Shown here in pieces: positions 38,462 to 48,394 of a stretch of DNA of 64,000 nt. Made by a program: the position numbers and the translations under genes. The stretch spans positions 124,001 to 188,000 of the IMG/VR virus record IMGVR_UViG_3300025319_000005; one strand, given 5' to 3'. The notes below the pieces were generated by a model, which saw only the letters and a list, made by a program, of their open reading frames with translations, made no database searches and had not been told where the DNA came from. The stretch's first letter is position 1; each line of letters begins with the position of its first letter.

Positions 38462-40573
38462 TTACAAATTATCATTATTATTTTGTAAATTCCTTATGAA
38501 TTCAATAGGATTAACTCCTCCCAAATCTTCAATACGTTGAATGTTTTGAATGAAATTATCTAAATTTAATTCAGATTCATTTCCTCTCGAAGTAGAAAGT
38601 CTTAAATCTGCAAGCTCTTTATAAGAAATTTCTTTTTCTTGTAAAAATTCCATTATATTAGTTTTAAATCGGTCAGAACCTTGTCTATTGCAAGTTGCTT
38701 TAACTTGGTCAAATTCTAATTTTCCATATTTATCAGCTTTCAATCCAAGCATAAATTTTTCAGGTTCCCCTCCCTCTCTTTTTTCGTCAATATCTTCTAC
38801 TATGCATAACACATATTGAGAATTAGAAACTCTATTTACATATGAGCCGGCACAATTTTTCATGTCCTGCGAAGCCTTAAGGAGTAATTCTGGTGTTCTT
38901 ATCAATCTTACTTTTAAGTTTTTTTCATATTCTTCAAGAATTTTATATTGTGAAACAAAACTTACAAATTCTTTATTTTTAGCATCATTAGAAAGTAAAT
39001 TAAAATGGTCAATTAATTTATTATGATATTCTTCTAATTCCTCTATTTTTTTTATTTTGTGGAATTCTTTATTTGAATCCCAGTTGAGCGCTCTAATCAT
39101 TCTAAGACTATCGTCGTAACTCGTCAAATCAAAACTCTTCAATAAAGTATAATCTAAAGGTATTTTTGACAATTCTTCCTCATTTACTTCTTGAATTTGT
39201 TCTGTGTCTTTAATTAAAAATCTTTCTCTGGCATATTTCAATTCAGTATTAGTTTTATTAAAAGAAAATAGTTTTTTTCTTTCTAAAGAACTTAAGGCCA
39301 ACGAAATTATTTGATTAATTTTAAGCATATTCATATCTGCTCTAAATTCTAAGCTATACCATAAATTAACTAATAAATTAACATTATTTTTTTTAACAAG
39401 TTCTATAAGTTCATTAAATGAAATGAATTTAGTATATTTTATTAAAATTTTATAATCAGAAAATCTTTCTATTATATTAAAAACATATGGGGAAACACTT
39501 TTTTCTTTTATGTCTTCACGCAAAAATCTTTCACCATCTTTATTTTTTCCTGTTTGATTTTCATTGTTGTTAAATCTGGAAGCATCAAACTTAAACGTTA
39601 CCTCTCTTCCGCTTTCAGCCTTAAATACATAACCCATTTTTTCAGAATCATAAGCATCTAATTCTTTGCTTATTTCTTCGTTTTTATAATTTACAAGATA
39701 ATTGAAAATTTTAAGAGGAGATGTTGCTCCATTATCTGATAACTCTTGTGGATTAGGAAGTTTGCAATCATTCATCATATCAAAAAGAAATATAGTTCCT
39801 TTTGTTAATGCTATTGTAGATAAGTTTGAATAGCAAATTATTCCAAAAAATATTGAGGCTACTTTTATAATAATGTCCAGTCCTGATTTACCGACCATTT
39901 GACTCATTAATTCATCTATTATATTTATGTTCTGTGAATCGGATACAAAATTAGCCATTCTATTTATAAATAAATGAACATCAAATAATCGTTCAGTTGT
40001 CTTTACTTCTCCATAAAGAAAAAACTCTAAAACAATTGACATCACCCTATCAAGATTAAATTCAATTTCTTCCTTGCTGAAATCTTTAAAATAAAGTTTT
40101 TTGGCAGTTTTATCAAATTTTATCCAAGATAAACTTTCATTTAATTCTAAAGAAGGTTCATCTTTTGAAATGACGAAAGGCATTGACCTTTTTTTATCAA
40201 AATTTATTTTTGCTATAAATCTTTGTTTTATTAATTTAACATCATTTTCATCTTCATAAAAACAATATGACTCAAAAAATTGTTTTTCACATTCTTGAAT
40301 AATTCCAGCCGTTTCCTTAGTTGAATAATCTGTATCGCATTTTTCGCATTTAAGAGAAAATCTGGCCATACTATTCTCATCGAATAAACCTGTAATATCA
40401 CCTATATCAGCTCCTTCTTTTATACTTACTTTCATTTCTGAGGCTACGACCTTTCTATCTTGTTTGATTAAATGGCCACATTTACAAAAAAATAAATCTG
40501 TATCATTTTTTGCGTCATCATAATGAAAAGTAAACTTATTTAATATTTCTTCTTCTTTGATTAATTCTCTCAT
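38462..40573 (-). CDS. PcfJ-like domain protein (paralog of 10354-12561)
   Basis: ASQDMKNCAGSY..FDQVKATCN; N-terminal CKCG/CEKC. Confidence 0.65.
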   Translation of the reverse strand: MRELIKEEEILNKFTFHYDDAKNDTDLFFCKCGHLIKQDRKVVASEMKVSIKEGADIGDITGLFDENSMARFSLKCEKCDTDYSTKETAGIIQECEKQFFESYCFYEDENDVKLIKQRFIAKINFDKKRSMPFVISKDEPSLELNESLSWIKFDKTAKKLYFKDFSKEEIEFNLDRVMSIVLEFFLYGEVKTTERLFDVHLFINRMANFVSDSQNINIIDELMSQMVGKSGLDIIIKVASIFFGIICYSNLSTIALTKGTIFLFDMMNDCKLPNPQELSDNGATSPLKIFNYLVNYKNEEISKELDAYDSEKMGYVFKAESGREVTFKFDASRFNNNENQTGKNKDGERFLREDIKEKSVSPYVFNIIERFSDYKILIKYTKFISFNELIELVKKNNVNLLVNLWYSLEFRADMNMLKINQIISLALSSLERKKLFSFNKTNTELKYARERFLIKDTEQIQEVNEEELSKIPLDYTLLKSFDLTSYDDSLRMIRALNWDSNKEFHKIKKIEELEEYHNKLIDHFNLLSNDAKNKEFVSFVSQYKILEEYEKNLKVRLIRTPELLLKASQDMKNCAGSYVNRVSNSQYVLCIVEDIDEKREGGEPEKFMLGLKADKYGKLEFDQVKATCNRQGSDRFKTNIMEFLQEKEISYKELADLRLSTSRGNESELNLDNFIQNIQRIEDLGGVNPIEFIRNLQNNNDNL

Positions 40574-40631
40574 TTTTTGGATTGTTATTGTTCGCTTTTC
40601 AAATTTAAATCAAATAAAGTTAAAAAACAAA

Positions 40632-40659
40632 AATCCGGACAGTAATACCATCCGGATTT
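40632..40659 (-). terminator. intrinsic terminator
   Basis: AAATCCGGA...TCCGGATTT with adjacent A run on plus. Confidence 0.65.
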
Positions 40660-40678
40660 CTAAATAAAAATTATTTTT

Positions 40679-41476
40679 TTATAAATTTTTCAACTCTTCG
40701 TTTATTTTTTTAAGCTCTTCTTCTAACATAGATTTTTTTGCCATTTTACGAGCTTCTCTTCTGACTGTTTCGATTAATTCTTTTCTGGTATAGCTTTCTT
40801 TAAGTTCTACCTGAAGAGCTTCTTTAGGAGCATCTTTTGGCTCCCCATCTTGATTGCTGTTACCTTGATCGGTTTCTATACCTTTCATAATAGGTGCTTC
40901 ATCTTTTACAACAGGAGCCTTTTCTTTCACAACGGCTTTAGCTTGACCAGCAGTAACACCTTTTCCACCTTTTGCAGCACCTGCCTCAACATATGTTTTT
41001 GTTTCTTTATCCGTAAGACCATCCATTGTATTCATTTCTTCTTTGTTTTTTTCAACAAATGGTGCAGAAACTTCTTTTTTTGGATTTTCTTTTTTGGATT
41101 CAAAAGTTGCGTTGTGTTGACCAGCAGTAACACCTTTTCCGCCTTTTTCTGTGCCGGCTTTTACACTGACAGCGGTAGCAGCTTTTTGGTCACTACCTAA
41201 ATTTTTAGCAGTTGAATTTAGTTTCACATCTGCCGGAGCAACTGATGGAGCTTTCCCTGTTTTAGATTCTGAATTTTTTGTGCTTTTAAAAACAAGAGCC
41301 TTATTAGAGTCTCCAAGACCATCATTTTTATTCATTTTTTGATCGATTGGACTCCCGAGAGATTTAATCTTTGCAGGTTGTTCTTTTTCTTCTGATAATT
41401 GTTTTTGGATATTTTTTGCTTCTGCAAGAACCATTTTTTTAAAATCTTCTGCAGTGATTTTTTTTATATTTGCCAT
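40679..41476 (-). CDS. putative late (scaffold-like) charged protein
   Basis: leader FKKMVLAE; duplicated GGKGVTAGQ; TATTTA at 41496-41501; start reassigned to 41476. Confidence 0.55.
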   Translation of the reverse strand: MANIKKITAEDFKKMVLAEAKNIQKQLSEEKEQPAKIKSLGSPIDQKMNKNDGLGDSNKALVFKSTKNSESKTGKAPSVAPADVKLNSTAKNLGSDQKAATAVSVKAGTEKGGKGVTAGQHNATFESKKENPKKEVSAPFVEKNKEEMNTMDGLTDKETKTYVEAGAAKGGKGVTAGQAKAVVKEKAPVVKDEAPIMKGIETDQGNSNQDGEPKDAPKEALQVELKESYTRKELIETVRREARKMAKKSMLEEELKKINEELKNL

Positions 41477-41536
41477 TTTTTCTATTGTTTTAGAATAAAT
41501 ATAGCGTGAAAAAAGGAAAATCAAGAATTTAAAGTG

Positions 41537-42028
41537 TTATTTAATCCATGGAAAATCTTTTCTGAACAATACTTTTGTTTTTTCATTTCTGTTTAAATCA
41601 CTTTCTGTTATTTCTTTAAAATATTCTTCGGCAGTTTTTTTAAGAAGGACTATTTTATGCGTATCTAAATCCTCTTTAATAAAAGCAGTACTTCTATTTC
41701 TTCTAAGTAATTCATATTGTTGATATATTGAATTAACTAAAACAGCCCAATTATTTTTAACTACTAAATCGAAATGCTTTAAAGCATGGCACGCTTCACA
41801 CAAAAGAATAAACTCTGCAGTATCATGTTCAGTTCCATTCCACCATTGTAAATGTGCTTGTAATGACTCTTTATCGCCATTAGTGTATCCACAACCAAGA
41901 CATGTATCTGAGCCGTTTTCAAAAACATCTTTTATAATTTCATTATATTTTTCTCTGCCTCCAGGTAGTGATTTTAAAAATTCCTTTTCAGAAGGAGAAA
42001 TTGACGGTATTAACTTAAAATGTTTCAT
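41537..42028 (-). CDS. HNH-like Zn-finger protein
   Basis: CLGCG...LLCEACHALKH. Confidence 0.6.
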   Translation of the reverse strand: MKHFKLIPSISPSEKEFLKSLPGGREKYNEIIKDVFENGSDTCLGCGYTNGDKESLQAHLQWWNGTEHDTAEFILLCEACHALKHFDLVVKNNWAVLVNSIYQQYELLRRNRSTAFIKEDLDTHKIVLLKKTAEEYFKEITESDLNRNEKTKVLFRKDFPWIK

Positions 42029-42062
42029 ATTTGGATATTAACCAAACAAAGATAGTAAAATA

Positions 42063-42644
42063 TTAGCTTTTAACAAAACCAACCTTAATATTATTATTAA
42101 CAAACATAAAATAACAATTTTTTCCAGAATGTTTTAAACCGGTTGCTCTATAATTGAAAAACTTAGCATCTTTTCCTGAATAATTTTCAACATAAGAATT
42201 AGCTATTTCTTCGTTTTTCATATTAAATTCAAACTCTTGTCTTGATATCGCTTTAATATTATCTTTGTTTTTAAGGCACATAAAATATGCGTAATTTTTA
42301 TCGTCATATGAAGAATATGACCTTACCATAAGAAGCTTTCCTGATATATCTAATTCTTCCGGCCTGAAATAAAATTGCTCAAGATGTTTTTCACATTTTT
42401 CTAAAATACCTACCATCATAGTAAATACCTCTGGAAGCTCTATTTTTCTCTCTTTCCATAAATTTTCAATATTTATAACCATATTATACGCTTCGTCGTT
42501 CTGACTAATCCCATAAGCAAAATGAGGGTCAAATTTTAGAGATTTTTCAAAAGCATGTATTCTGAAAACGTCAATTCTTTTTTCGTTTGATACTATAATA
42601 GTTCGTATAAGATTTTCTTTCATTTCATTTAAATATGCATCCAT
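42063..42644 (-). CDS. hypothetical protein
   Basis: 193-aa ORF. Confidence 0.55.
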   Translation of the reverse strand: MDAYLNEMKENLIRTIIVSNEKRIDVFRIHAFEKSLKFDPHFAYGISQNDEAYNMVINIENLWKERKIELPEVFTMMVGILEKCEKHLEQFYFRPEELDISGKLLMVRSYSSYDDKNYAYFMCLKNKDNIKAISRQEFEFNMKNEEIANSYVENYSGKDAKFFNYRATGLKHSGKNCYFMFVNNNIKVGFVKS

Positions 42645-42737
42645 AGTTCAAAATTAACATCAATTTTAAAATAGTGAACGGAAATTTGTTTTTTCTTAGT
42701 ATTTATAAGAAAATATCTAAGATAAAATACATAAACA

Positions 42738-43259
42738 ATGGAAAAGAAAATCATAAAAATATCAGCAAAGCAACTTCAAACAATAATTTCCGAAGAAGCG
42801 TCAAGATATAAAAAAGTTTTAGAACTTAAAAGAAAACAAAAATCAATTATATCCCAACTAAATGAAATGTATGAGGCTCAAGAACTTCAAGAGTTGATGG
42901 GTGGAGAAATTAATGTTGATGAGGGATTTAAAGAGATACTTCAAAAAGCTAAAAAAGCTATAGGAATGCAAACTCCAGAGGAAAAAAGAGAAGCAGCGTT
43001 AGCAAAAATAAATTCAAACAAAAATTTAAAGGCTAAATATGCAGAAGCATTATCGATAAGCTCAGAAAGAGGAGAAGCTTATATTAAGTATTGGGAAAAA
43101 TGGCCAAATAGCAACGAAGGTGCAGAATGGGATGAAGCTCAAAAAAATTATGTACCATTATCTGATGTTGGACTTTCTAATAGACCTTTAGCTCAAAGAC
43201 TTGGAGCAGGAACAAGCTCTATGACTACTGGTGGCGGAGCTGGTGCTGTTAAAAAATAA
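42738..43259 (+). CDS. putative late protein with leader
   Basis: ISAKQLQTIISEE; TATTTA at 42700-42705. Confidence 0.6.
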   Translation: MEKKIIKISAKQLQTIISEEASRYKKVLELKRKQKSIISQLNEMYEAQELQELMGGEINVDEGFKEILQKAKKAIGMQTPEEKREAALAKINSNKNLKAKYAEALSISSERGEAYIKYWEKWPNSNEGAEWDEAQKNYVPLSDVGLSNRPLAQRLGAGTSSMTTGGGAGAVKK

Positions 43260-43280
43260 ACATATAAATATTTAAACATT

Positions 43281-43306
43281 AGAAAAGACTCCTCGGAGTC
43301 TTTTCT
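43281..43306. terminator. bidirectional terminator
   Basis: AGAAAAGACTCC-TC-GGAGTCTTTTCT between convergent genes. Confidence 0.75.
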
Positions 43307-43309
43307 GTT

Positions 43310-43738
43310 TTAAGTAAGTGCTAATATTTTTTTATCTATTTCTGTTAATGAAGAAATTCCTTTTTCACTTATTTTATCCAATACAGCATCTGAATTGAGA
43401 TTTTCTCTAATAAATGAAGTTGTCAAGTAATTTAAATAATCTTTTTTCGATTCTCCAGATATTTCTAATGAATTACCAAATAAAACAAACTTTGTGATGT
43501 CTTCATAGGAAAAATTAATTTCACATCTCAAATATTCGGTAAATAATTTTTCAATTGTCGAATCATCAACAACTGCATACATTGCTTCAAATCCTTCTTT
43601 TGTAGTAAATTCAATACATTCAAAAGAATTATATAACTCACATAATTCCACTACATAAGAATCTTCAAGTTTTCCAACAATTGTTTCCATTTGTTTAACT
43701 GTGTGTTTTGTTATTACTTTAATGAATTTCATAATCAT
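43310..43738 (-). CDS. hypothetical protein
   Basis: 142 aa; C-terminal LDKISEKGISSLTEIDK motif. Confidence 0.55.
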   Translation of the reverse strand: MIMKFIKVITKHTVKQMETIVGKLEDSYVVELCELYNSFECIEFTTKEGFEAMYAVVDDSTIEKLFTEYLRCEINFSYEDITKFVLFGNSLEISGESKKDYLNYLTTSFIRENLNSDAVLDKISEKGISSLTEIDKKILALT

Positions 43739-43809
43739 TAGTTTTTAATAAATACTAATCCTTTCCTATTAAAACGAATTTTAGCACAATTTGTTGCAAA
43801 ATTTTAAAT

Positions 43810-44076
43810 TTAAGAGAATATCATTCTCGTATTTGATTGGAAAATACAATAATAATCTCCATCTTCGTATTTTGTATTCCAAATACCATTTTTTGTTTTT
43901 TCATCCCACTCAGCAACAGCTTCTTGTTTTGATACATTTTTTGTTATATCAATCCATAAATTATCAAATCTGTCATATAGCCTTACAATATATTCTTCTT
44001 TTTCTTCTAAAGAATCAATAATTCGATGACGTTCTAATATTCTTTGATTCTTTTCATACTTTGTTCTTTTGCTCAT
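43810..44076 (-). CDS. hypothetical protein
   Basis: 88-aa ORF. Confidence 0.55.
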   Translation of the reverse strand: MSKRTKYEKNQRILERHRIIDSLEEKEEYIVRLYDRFDNLWIDITKNVSKQEAVAEWDEKTKNGIWNTKYEDGDYYCIFQSNTRMIFS

Positions 44077-44077
44077 A

Positions 44078-44734
44078 TTATTTACAGTTTTTTAAATAAA
44101 CACATTCCATATGTTTTTTATTAGTTCCCATCATCTCTTTTAATGATTTAAAATTTAACCATTTATCATTTTGATTACCACAAACTATAACCTGTGTATC
44201 TAAAGAATTTATTATATTTTTAAGCTTATCATAATCAACTTTCCAATATGTGTATTTGTGAGATTGAACGGAATAAGGTGGGTCTATAAAATATGTGAAA
44301 TTTTCATTTACTGGCATGGTCATAGCATCCTTTTGATAAATTTTCCAATGTTTTATTTTATATACTTCGCCTGCAATCCTTTTTCTATCTTTTTCCCACG
44401 TACTCCTTACGCTCATTATGTTATTTGGTCGCGCCGCTCCCCTATTTCCTTGATAACCTATTAACCACCTTTCTTCATTACTTAAACTTTTTATGGTTCG
44501 TAAATCAAAACCAGGAGGAGCATCTGGTAAATTTAAAATATCATTTGCAGTTGCACCTTGCAAATATTTCCAGATTTTAAAAACTTTATCATATGTTTCA
44601 TAAAGAATTACATTTTTTTCAAAATATTCTAATGAATATCTTGCAAATCCAGCAAATGGCTCTATAATAGTGTCTTTTTCTGGAGCTGGATAACATCCTT
44701 TGACTTTCGATTTGGTACCGTAATAGCTAATCAT
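44078..44734 (-). CDS. D12/Dam-class N6-adenine DNA methyltransferase
   Basis: SYYGTKSK, IIEPFAG, YFIDPPY. Confidence 0.85.
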   Translation of the reverse strand: MISYYGTKSKVKGCYPAPEKDTIIEPFAGFARYSLEYFEKNVILYETYDKVFKIWKYLQGATANDILNLPDAPPGFDLRTIKSLSNEERWLIGYQGNRGAARPNNIMSVRSTWEKDRKRIAGEVYKIKHWKIYQKDAMTMPVNENFTYFIDPPYSVQSHKYTYWKVDYDKLKNIINSLDTQVIVCGNQNDKWLNFKSLKEMMGTNKKHMECVYLKNCK

Positions 44735-44822
44735 GTTTTTATGTTTTTAATTGTTTATGCAAAAATACTATTTTTTTATTAACATTGTTGTTTGCTGGAT
44801 ATTTTTTAATTAAAATTGCACT

Positions 44823-45608
44823 ATGGAAAATAATGTTACAAAAATAGAAAAAGAAGGCGTTTCATATATATGTGCCCCTGATTTAAAAAAACAACATATT
44901 AACAAATTCATAAGCTTCACTCCGTTTGAGATAGAAAGATGCGCTCAATTTTCTATTGATATGATGAACAATAAGAACAAACCCAGAGGAAAACACGCAA
45001 AAGAAAACAGGCAAAGAGATGATGAAGAATATCTTTTCAACTGGTTTATTGGCTCATTGGGAGAAGTTGCAACCTATAACAAAGCATTAAAATCAACAAT
45101 AGATTGTTCTCCAGTTGATTTAACAATGATTGAAGGTTTTGATAATCAAGATTTTATATTTTTTGATAAATTTCCGATAAGCGTAAAATCGACTAAGCAT
45201 TATGGAGGAAACATGTTATTAGAAGACGATAAATATGATTTAGACGCACTTTATTTGCATAGTGAAGGTGGTAAAACTACTCCTTTGGAAGTAACTGCAT
45301 TTATAGGCGTTGCAGTTGGATTAGATAAATATAGATTTGATGAAGGTCTTAAAAAAGAAGATTACAAAAAATTTCTAATGTCATTAAACCCAAAATATCA
45401 CATTTATGGTTTTTTAGGAAAAAATGATTTAAAAAAAGAAAAGGAAAAAGGGAATCTTTTTTTAAAACACACAATAATAAGCGGAAAAACAAAAATGGAA
45501 GAAAATAATGTTGTTATACGTTTAGATGCATTAAGACCATTTGAAGGGCTCATAAAATTAAAAGAAAAAATTTTAAAAGAAAAAAATGAAGAAATTGAAA
45601 TTAGGTAG
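44823..45608 (+). CDS. putative restriction endonuclease-like protein
   Basis: GSLGEVA..D..FDNQDF..ISVKST resembles PD-(D/E)xK; overlaps the C5 methyltransferase. Confidence 0.4.
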   Translation: MENNVTKIEKEGVSYICAPDLKKQHINKFISFTPFEIERCAQFSIDMMNNKNKPRGKHAKENRQRDDEEYLFNWFIGSLGEVATYNKALKSTIDCSPVDLTMIEGFDNQDFIFFDKFPISVKSTKHYGGNMLLEDDKYDLDALYLHSEGGKTTPLEVTAFIGVAVGLDKYRFDEGLKKEDYKKFLMSLNPKYHIYGFLGKNDLKKEKEKGNLFLKHTIISGKTKMEENNVVIRLDALRPFEGLIKLKEKILKEKNEEIEIR

Positions 45609-46527
45609 TCTATACTCTGGAGTAGAAGGGATAGGGTTAGGATTTGAACAGGCTGGTTCAGAAACTTTATGGGCAAATGAAATGGATGCGAACGCATGCA
45701 AAACAATAATGGCTAATTTCAACAACAAAGTATATGAATGTAAAGTTGAAGAATTAAAACCAGATTCTTTGGTGCCAGTTGATATTTTAACTGCAGGTTT
45801 TCCATGCCAGAGCTTCAGTATTGCTGGATATCAAAAAGGGTTTGAAGATGAAAGGGGACATCATTTTTTTGAAGTTATTCGATTAGCAAAAATAATTAAA
45901 CCAAAAGTAATATTTCTTGAAAATGTTAAAAACCTTAAATCACACGACAAAGGTAAAACATTTCAAATAATGTGCGATACACTTACTAATATTGGTTATA
46001 ATTTTAAATACGATATTTTAAATACATACGAATATGGAAATATTCCACAAAACAGAGAGCGAATTTATATAGTCTGTTTTAGAAATGATTTAGATATAAC
46101 AAAATTTGAATTTCCAAATAAAATACCTTTAACCTTATCTTTTGAAGAGTTATTAGAAAATAATGTAGATGAAAAATTTTATTATAGAGAAGATAAATAC
46201 AACTACACACAATTAGCAGAAACAATGACCAAAACAGATACTGTTTATCAATGGAGAAGAGTCTATGCTAGGGAGAACAAAAAAGGATTATGTCCAACGT
46301 TAACCGCAAACATGGGAACTGGAGGTCACAATGTTCCGCTTATTTTAACAAAAGAAGGAATAAGAAAATTAACTCCAAGAGAATGTTTTAATTTACAAGG
46401 TTTTCCGTTGAATTTTATTTTACCAGATAAAATGTCTAATGCTCAATTGTACAAGCAGGCAGGAAATAGCGTAAGTGTTCCAGTAATCAAAAGAATAGCT
46501 GAAAACATATTAAATGCATTGAATTAA
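45586..46527 (+). CDS. dcm: C5-cytosine DNA methyltransferase
   Basis: LYSGVEG (motif I variant), AGFPCQSFS, LENVKNL, QNRERIY, YKQAGNSV. Confidence 0.93.
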   Translation: MKKLKLGSLYSGVEGIGLGFEQAGSETLWANEMDANACKTIMANFNNKVYECKVEELKPDSLVPVDILTAGFPCQSFSIAGYQKGFEDERGHHFFEVIRLAKIIKPKVIFLENVKNLKSHDKGKTFQIMCDTLTNIGYNFKYDILNTYEYGNIPQNRERIYIVCFRNDLDITKFEFPNKIPLTLSFEELLENNVDEKFYYREDKYNYTQLAETMTKTDTVYQWRRVYARENKKGLCPTLTANMGTGGHNVPLILTKEGIRKLTPRECFNLQGFPLNFILPDKMSNAQLYKQAGNSVSVPVIKRIAENILNALN

Positions 46528-46769
46528 TATTCAATTTCTCCTGATTTATAAACCGTGAATGTTGTTGAAATATACTGTATCGGTTTTGTGACTTTAACAT
46601 TAATATACATTACGCCTTTATTTTTTTCTGGATATTTTTCAAATATTACAAATCTGGTGTTTTCATCATGATTAGCGAAATGCATTTCATCAATTTTGTA
46701 ATCACCCGTAGCTAATAGTTCAACAATTTTGCCAACAGAATTTAATGATTCATCATTATTTTTTTTCAT
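46524..46769 (-). CDS. small protein with RFVIFEKY tag and tail-sheath-like C-terminal segment
   Basis: YINVKVTKPIQYISTTFTVYKSG resembles the sheath C-terminal I.IKP....EFI.L.F.....G. Confidence 0.45.
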   Translation of the reverse strand: MKKNNDESLNSVGKIVELLATGDYKIDEMHFANHDENTRFVIFEKYPEKNKGVMYINVKVTKPIQYISTTFTVYKSGEIEY

Positions 46770-47017
46770 GATTTCATATTTTTAAACATTAAGCTTTCCA
46801 TTGAGACTTGAAATTCTGTTTCAAATACAGGACTAGCCACTAAATCATAAGAAAATAATGAAATATCTATTTCACTTGTATAAATTCCAGGACTTACAAA
46901 CATTTTAGGACTAGCCCACCAAATAGGAACGTTTCCATAACAATCAAATTTGGGAGTATAATAACGTCTACCAAAGTATTTTTCAATTATAACAAATCTT
47001 GTAAATATGTTTTCCAT
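46766..47017 (-). CDS. small protein with RFVIIEKY tag
   Basis: FSYDLVASP weakly resembles the gp21-type prohead protease D.V..PS segment. Confidence 0.45.
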   Translation of the reverse strand: MENIFTRFVIIEKYFGRRYYTPKFDCYGNVPIWWASPKMFVSPGIYTSEIDISLFSYDLVASPVFETEFQVSMESLMFKNMKS

Positions 47018-47023
47018 TATTTA

Positions 47024-47842
47024 TTACAAATTTCTATTTCTACCATCAAATATCATCATCATCTCTGTAGAACCGCTTCTTACTGGGATAAAATAATCAT
47101 TTTCAAATACTATGCTATTTAAACTAGTTGAGCCTGATACATTATTGTTCCACCGATTAACTTTTGGTTTATATTTTTCAAAAAGAACAATTCTTGAATA
47201 AACATCTTCTCTTTCAAATGTGTAATCAAAATAATTTAACATTCCAGTAGATGCTGATAATGGTTGAACCGGGACGAGATCAAGAGCTATAGTTTGTGCA
47301 AAAACTTGCCTTATCATAGGAAATACTATTCCGTCAAAATTTGTTTCTTCCTTTTTTTTCTTGAATATTTTATTCCAGATAGAAACAAAAAATGATTTTA
47401 TTTTTAAGAATATCTTTTTCCACTTAGAGTCAAAACTTCTACTACTAACACCAATAATAGAAGATGAAAATTTACGTATTAAATCATTAGTTTCTTTTGT
47501 AGTTAATTTTCCAACCGGAACTGTATATGTTCTTTGTATCGGACTATTAACATCATTTATAAAACAAGATGCTTGATTTTCATATAATTGAACAATATTA
47601 CTTTTTTGATAACCGTGTAAACCATCAAGGAATCCTGAGTTTTTCCAATTTTTATAAATAATCTTTCTTTGATTTTCTAAATCTATGGATTTGTTGTGTT
47701 TTTCAAAGAGAACTTCTCTGGTTTCAGAACTGCTTTCTTCTTCTACTTTTTTGGTTTCATTTACGAGATTTGTCCAATTACTAATAACATTGAACACAGA
47801 ATTATCTCTTTCGGTTATTTTTATATCTAAAGGCATGTGCAA
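47024..47842 (-). CDS. truncated gp23-like major capsid protein paralog with RIVLFEKY tag
   Basis: WKNSGFLDGL..LYENQA and FPMIRQVFAQTIALDLVPVQPL..TGMLNYFDY match T4-like MCP N-terminal motifs; only 272 aa. Confidence 0.65.
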   Translation of the reverse strand: MHMPLDIKITERDNSVFNVISNWTNLVNETKKVEEESSSETREVLFEKHNKSIDLENQRKIIYKNWKNSGFLDGLHGYQKSNIVQLYENQASCFINDVNSPIQRTYTVPVGKLTTKETNDLIRKFSSSIIGVSSRSFDSKWKKIFLKIKSFFVSIWNKIFKKKKEETNFDGIVFPMIRQVFAQTIALDLVPVQPLSASTGMLNYFDYTFEREDVYSRIVLFEKYKPKVNRWNNNVSGSTSLNSIVFENDYFIPVRSGSTEMMMIFDGRNRNL

Positions 47843-47889
47843 TTTTAACTTATATTTTTGTTAAAATCAATTTTTTAGTTGCCTATTTT

Positions 47890-48357
47890 TTAGTCACCTT
47901 TTGTAGAAATGTTTTTTTCTTGGTTTCTGGTAAGTTCGTTTTCTACACCTATAGATATGCTTCTAAAAGATTCTGGCGATTTTTCAATAATTTTTAAAAT
48001 ACTTTCAAAATCAAATCTTTGAGCCGAAAATTGTTTTGGCTTATTTAAACTTCCACCAACGTCAACTTTCCATACATACCATTTTGTATCTGGCTCTGTG
48101 TATATTACTTTGGATTTTTCCCAATTCTGAATAGCTTCTTCTCCTGTGTTTGAAACTGAATTTGATGGCCAGGAACTTGGGATATTAATACTTTTCTTAA
48201 TTTCGTAAACTTCTGGCTTATTGCTATAATGAACCAAATCAATTAATTTCAACAAAAAATAGTTCATTTCTTCAGTAGAATATTCTCCTGGTTTTGATGT
48301 GTTTTCAAAATATGATTCGAAAAGACACTTTCTTATTATTTTTCTAATTTGTTCCAT
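47890..48357 (-). CDS. protein with shared leader
   Basis: MEQIRKIIRKCLFE; TATTTA at 48364-48369. Confidence 0.6.
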   Translation of the reverse strand: MEQIRKIIRKCLFESYFENTSKPGEYSTEEMNYFLLKLIDLVHYSNKPEVYEIKKSINIPSSWPSNSVSNTGEEAIQNWEKSKVIYTEPDTKWYVWKVDVGGSLNKPKQFSAQRFDFESILKIIEKSPESFRSISIGVENELTRNQEKNISTKGD

Positions 48358-48394
48358 TGATGATAAATAGATTTAAAATTCTATTTATCTTTGT

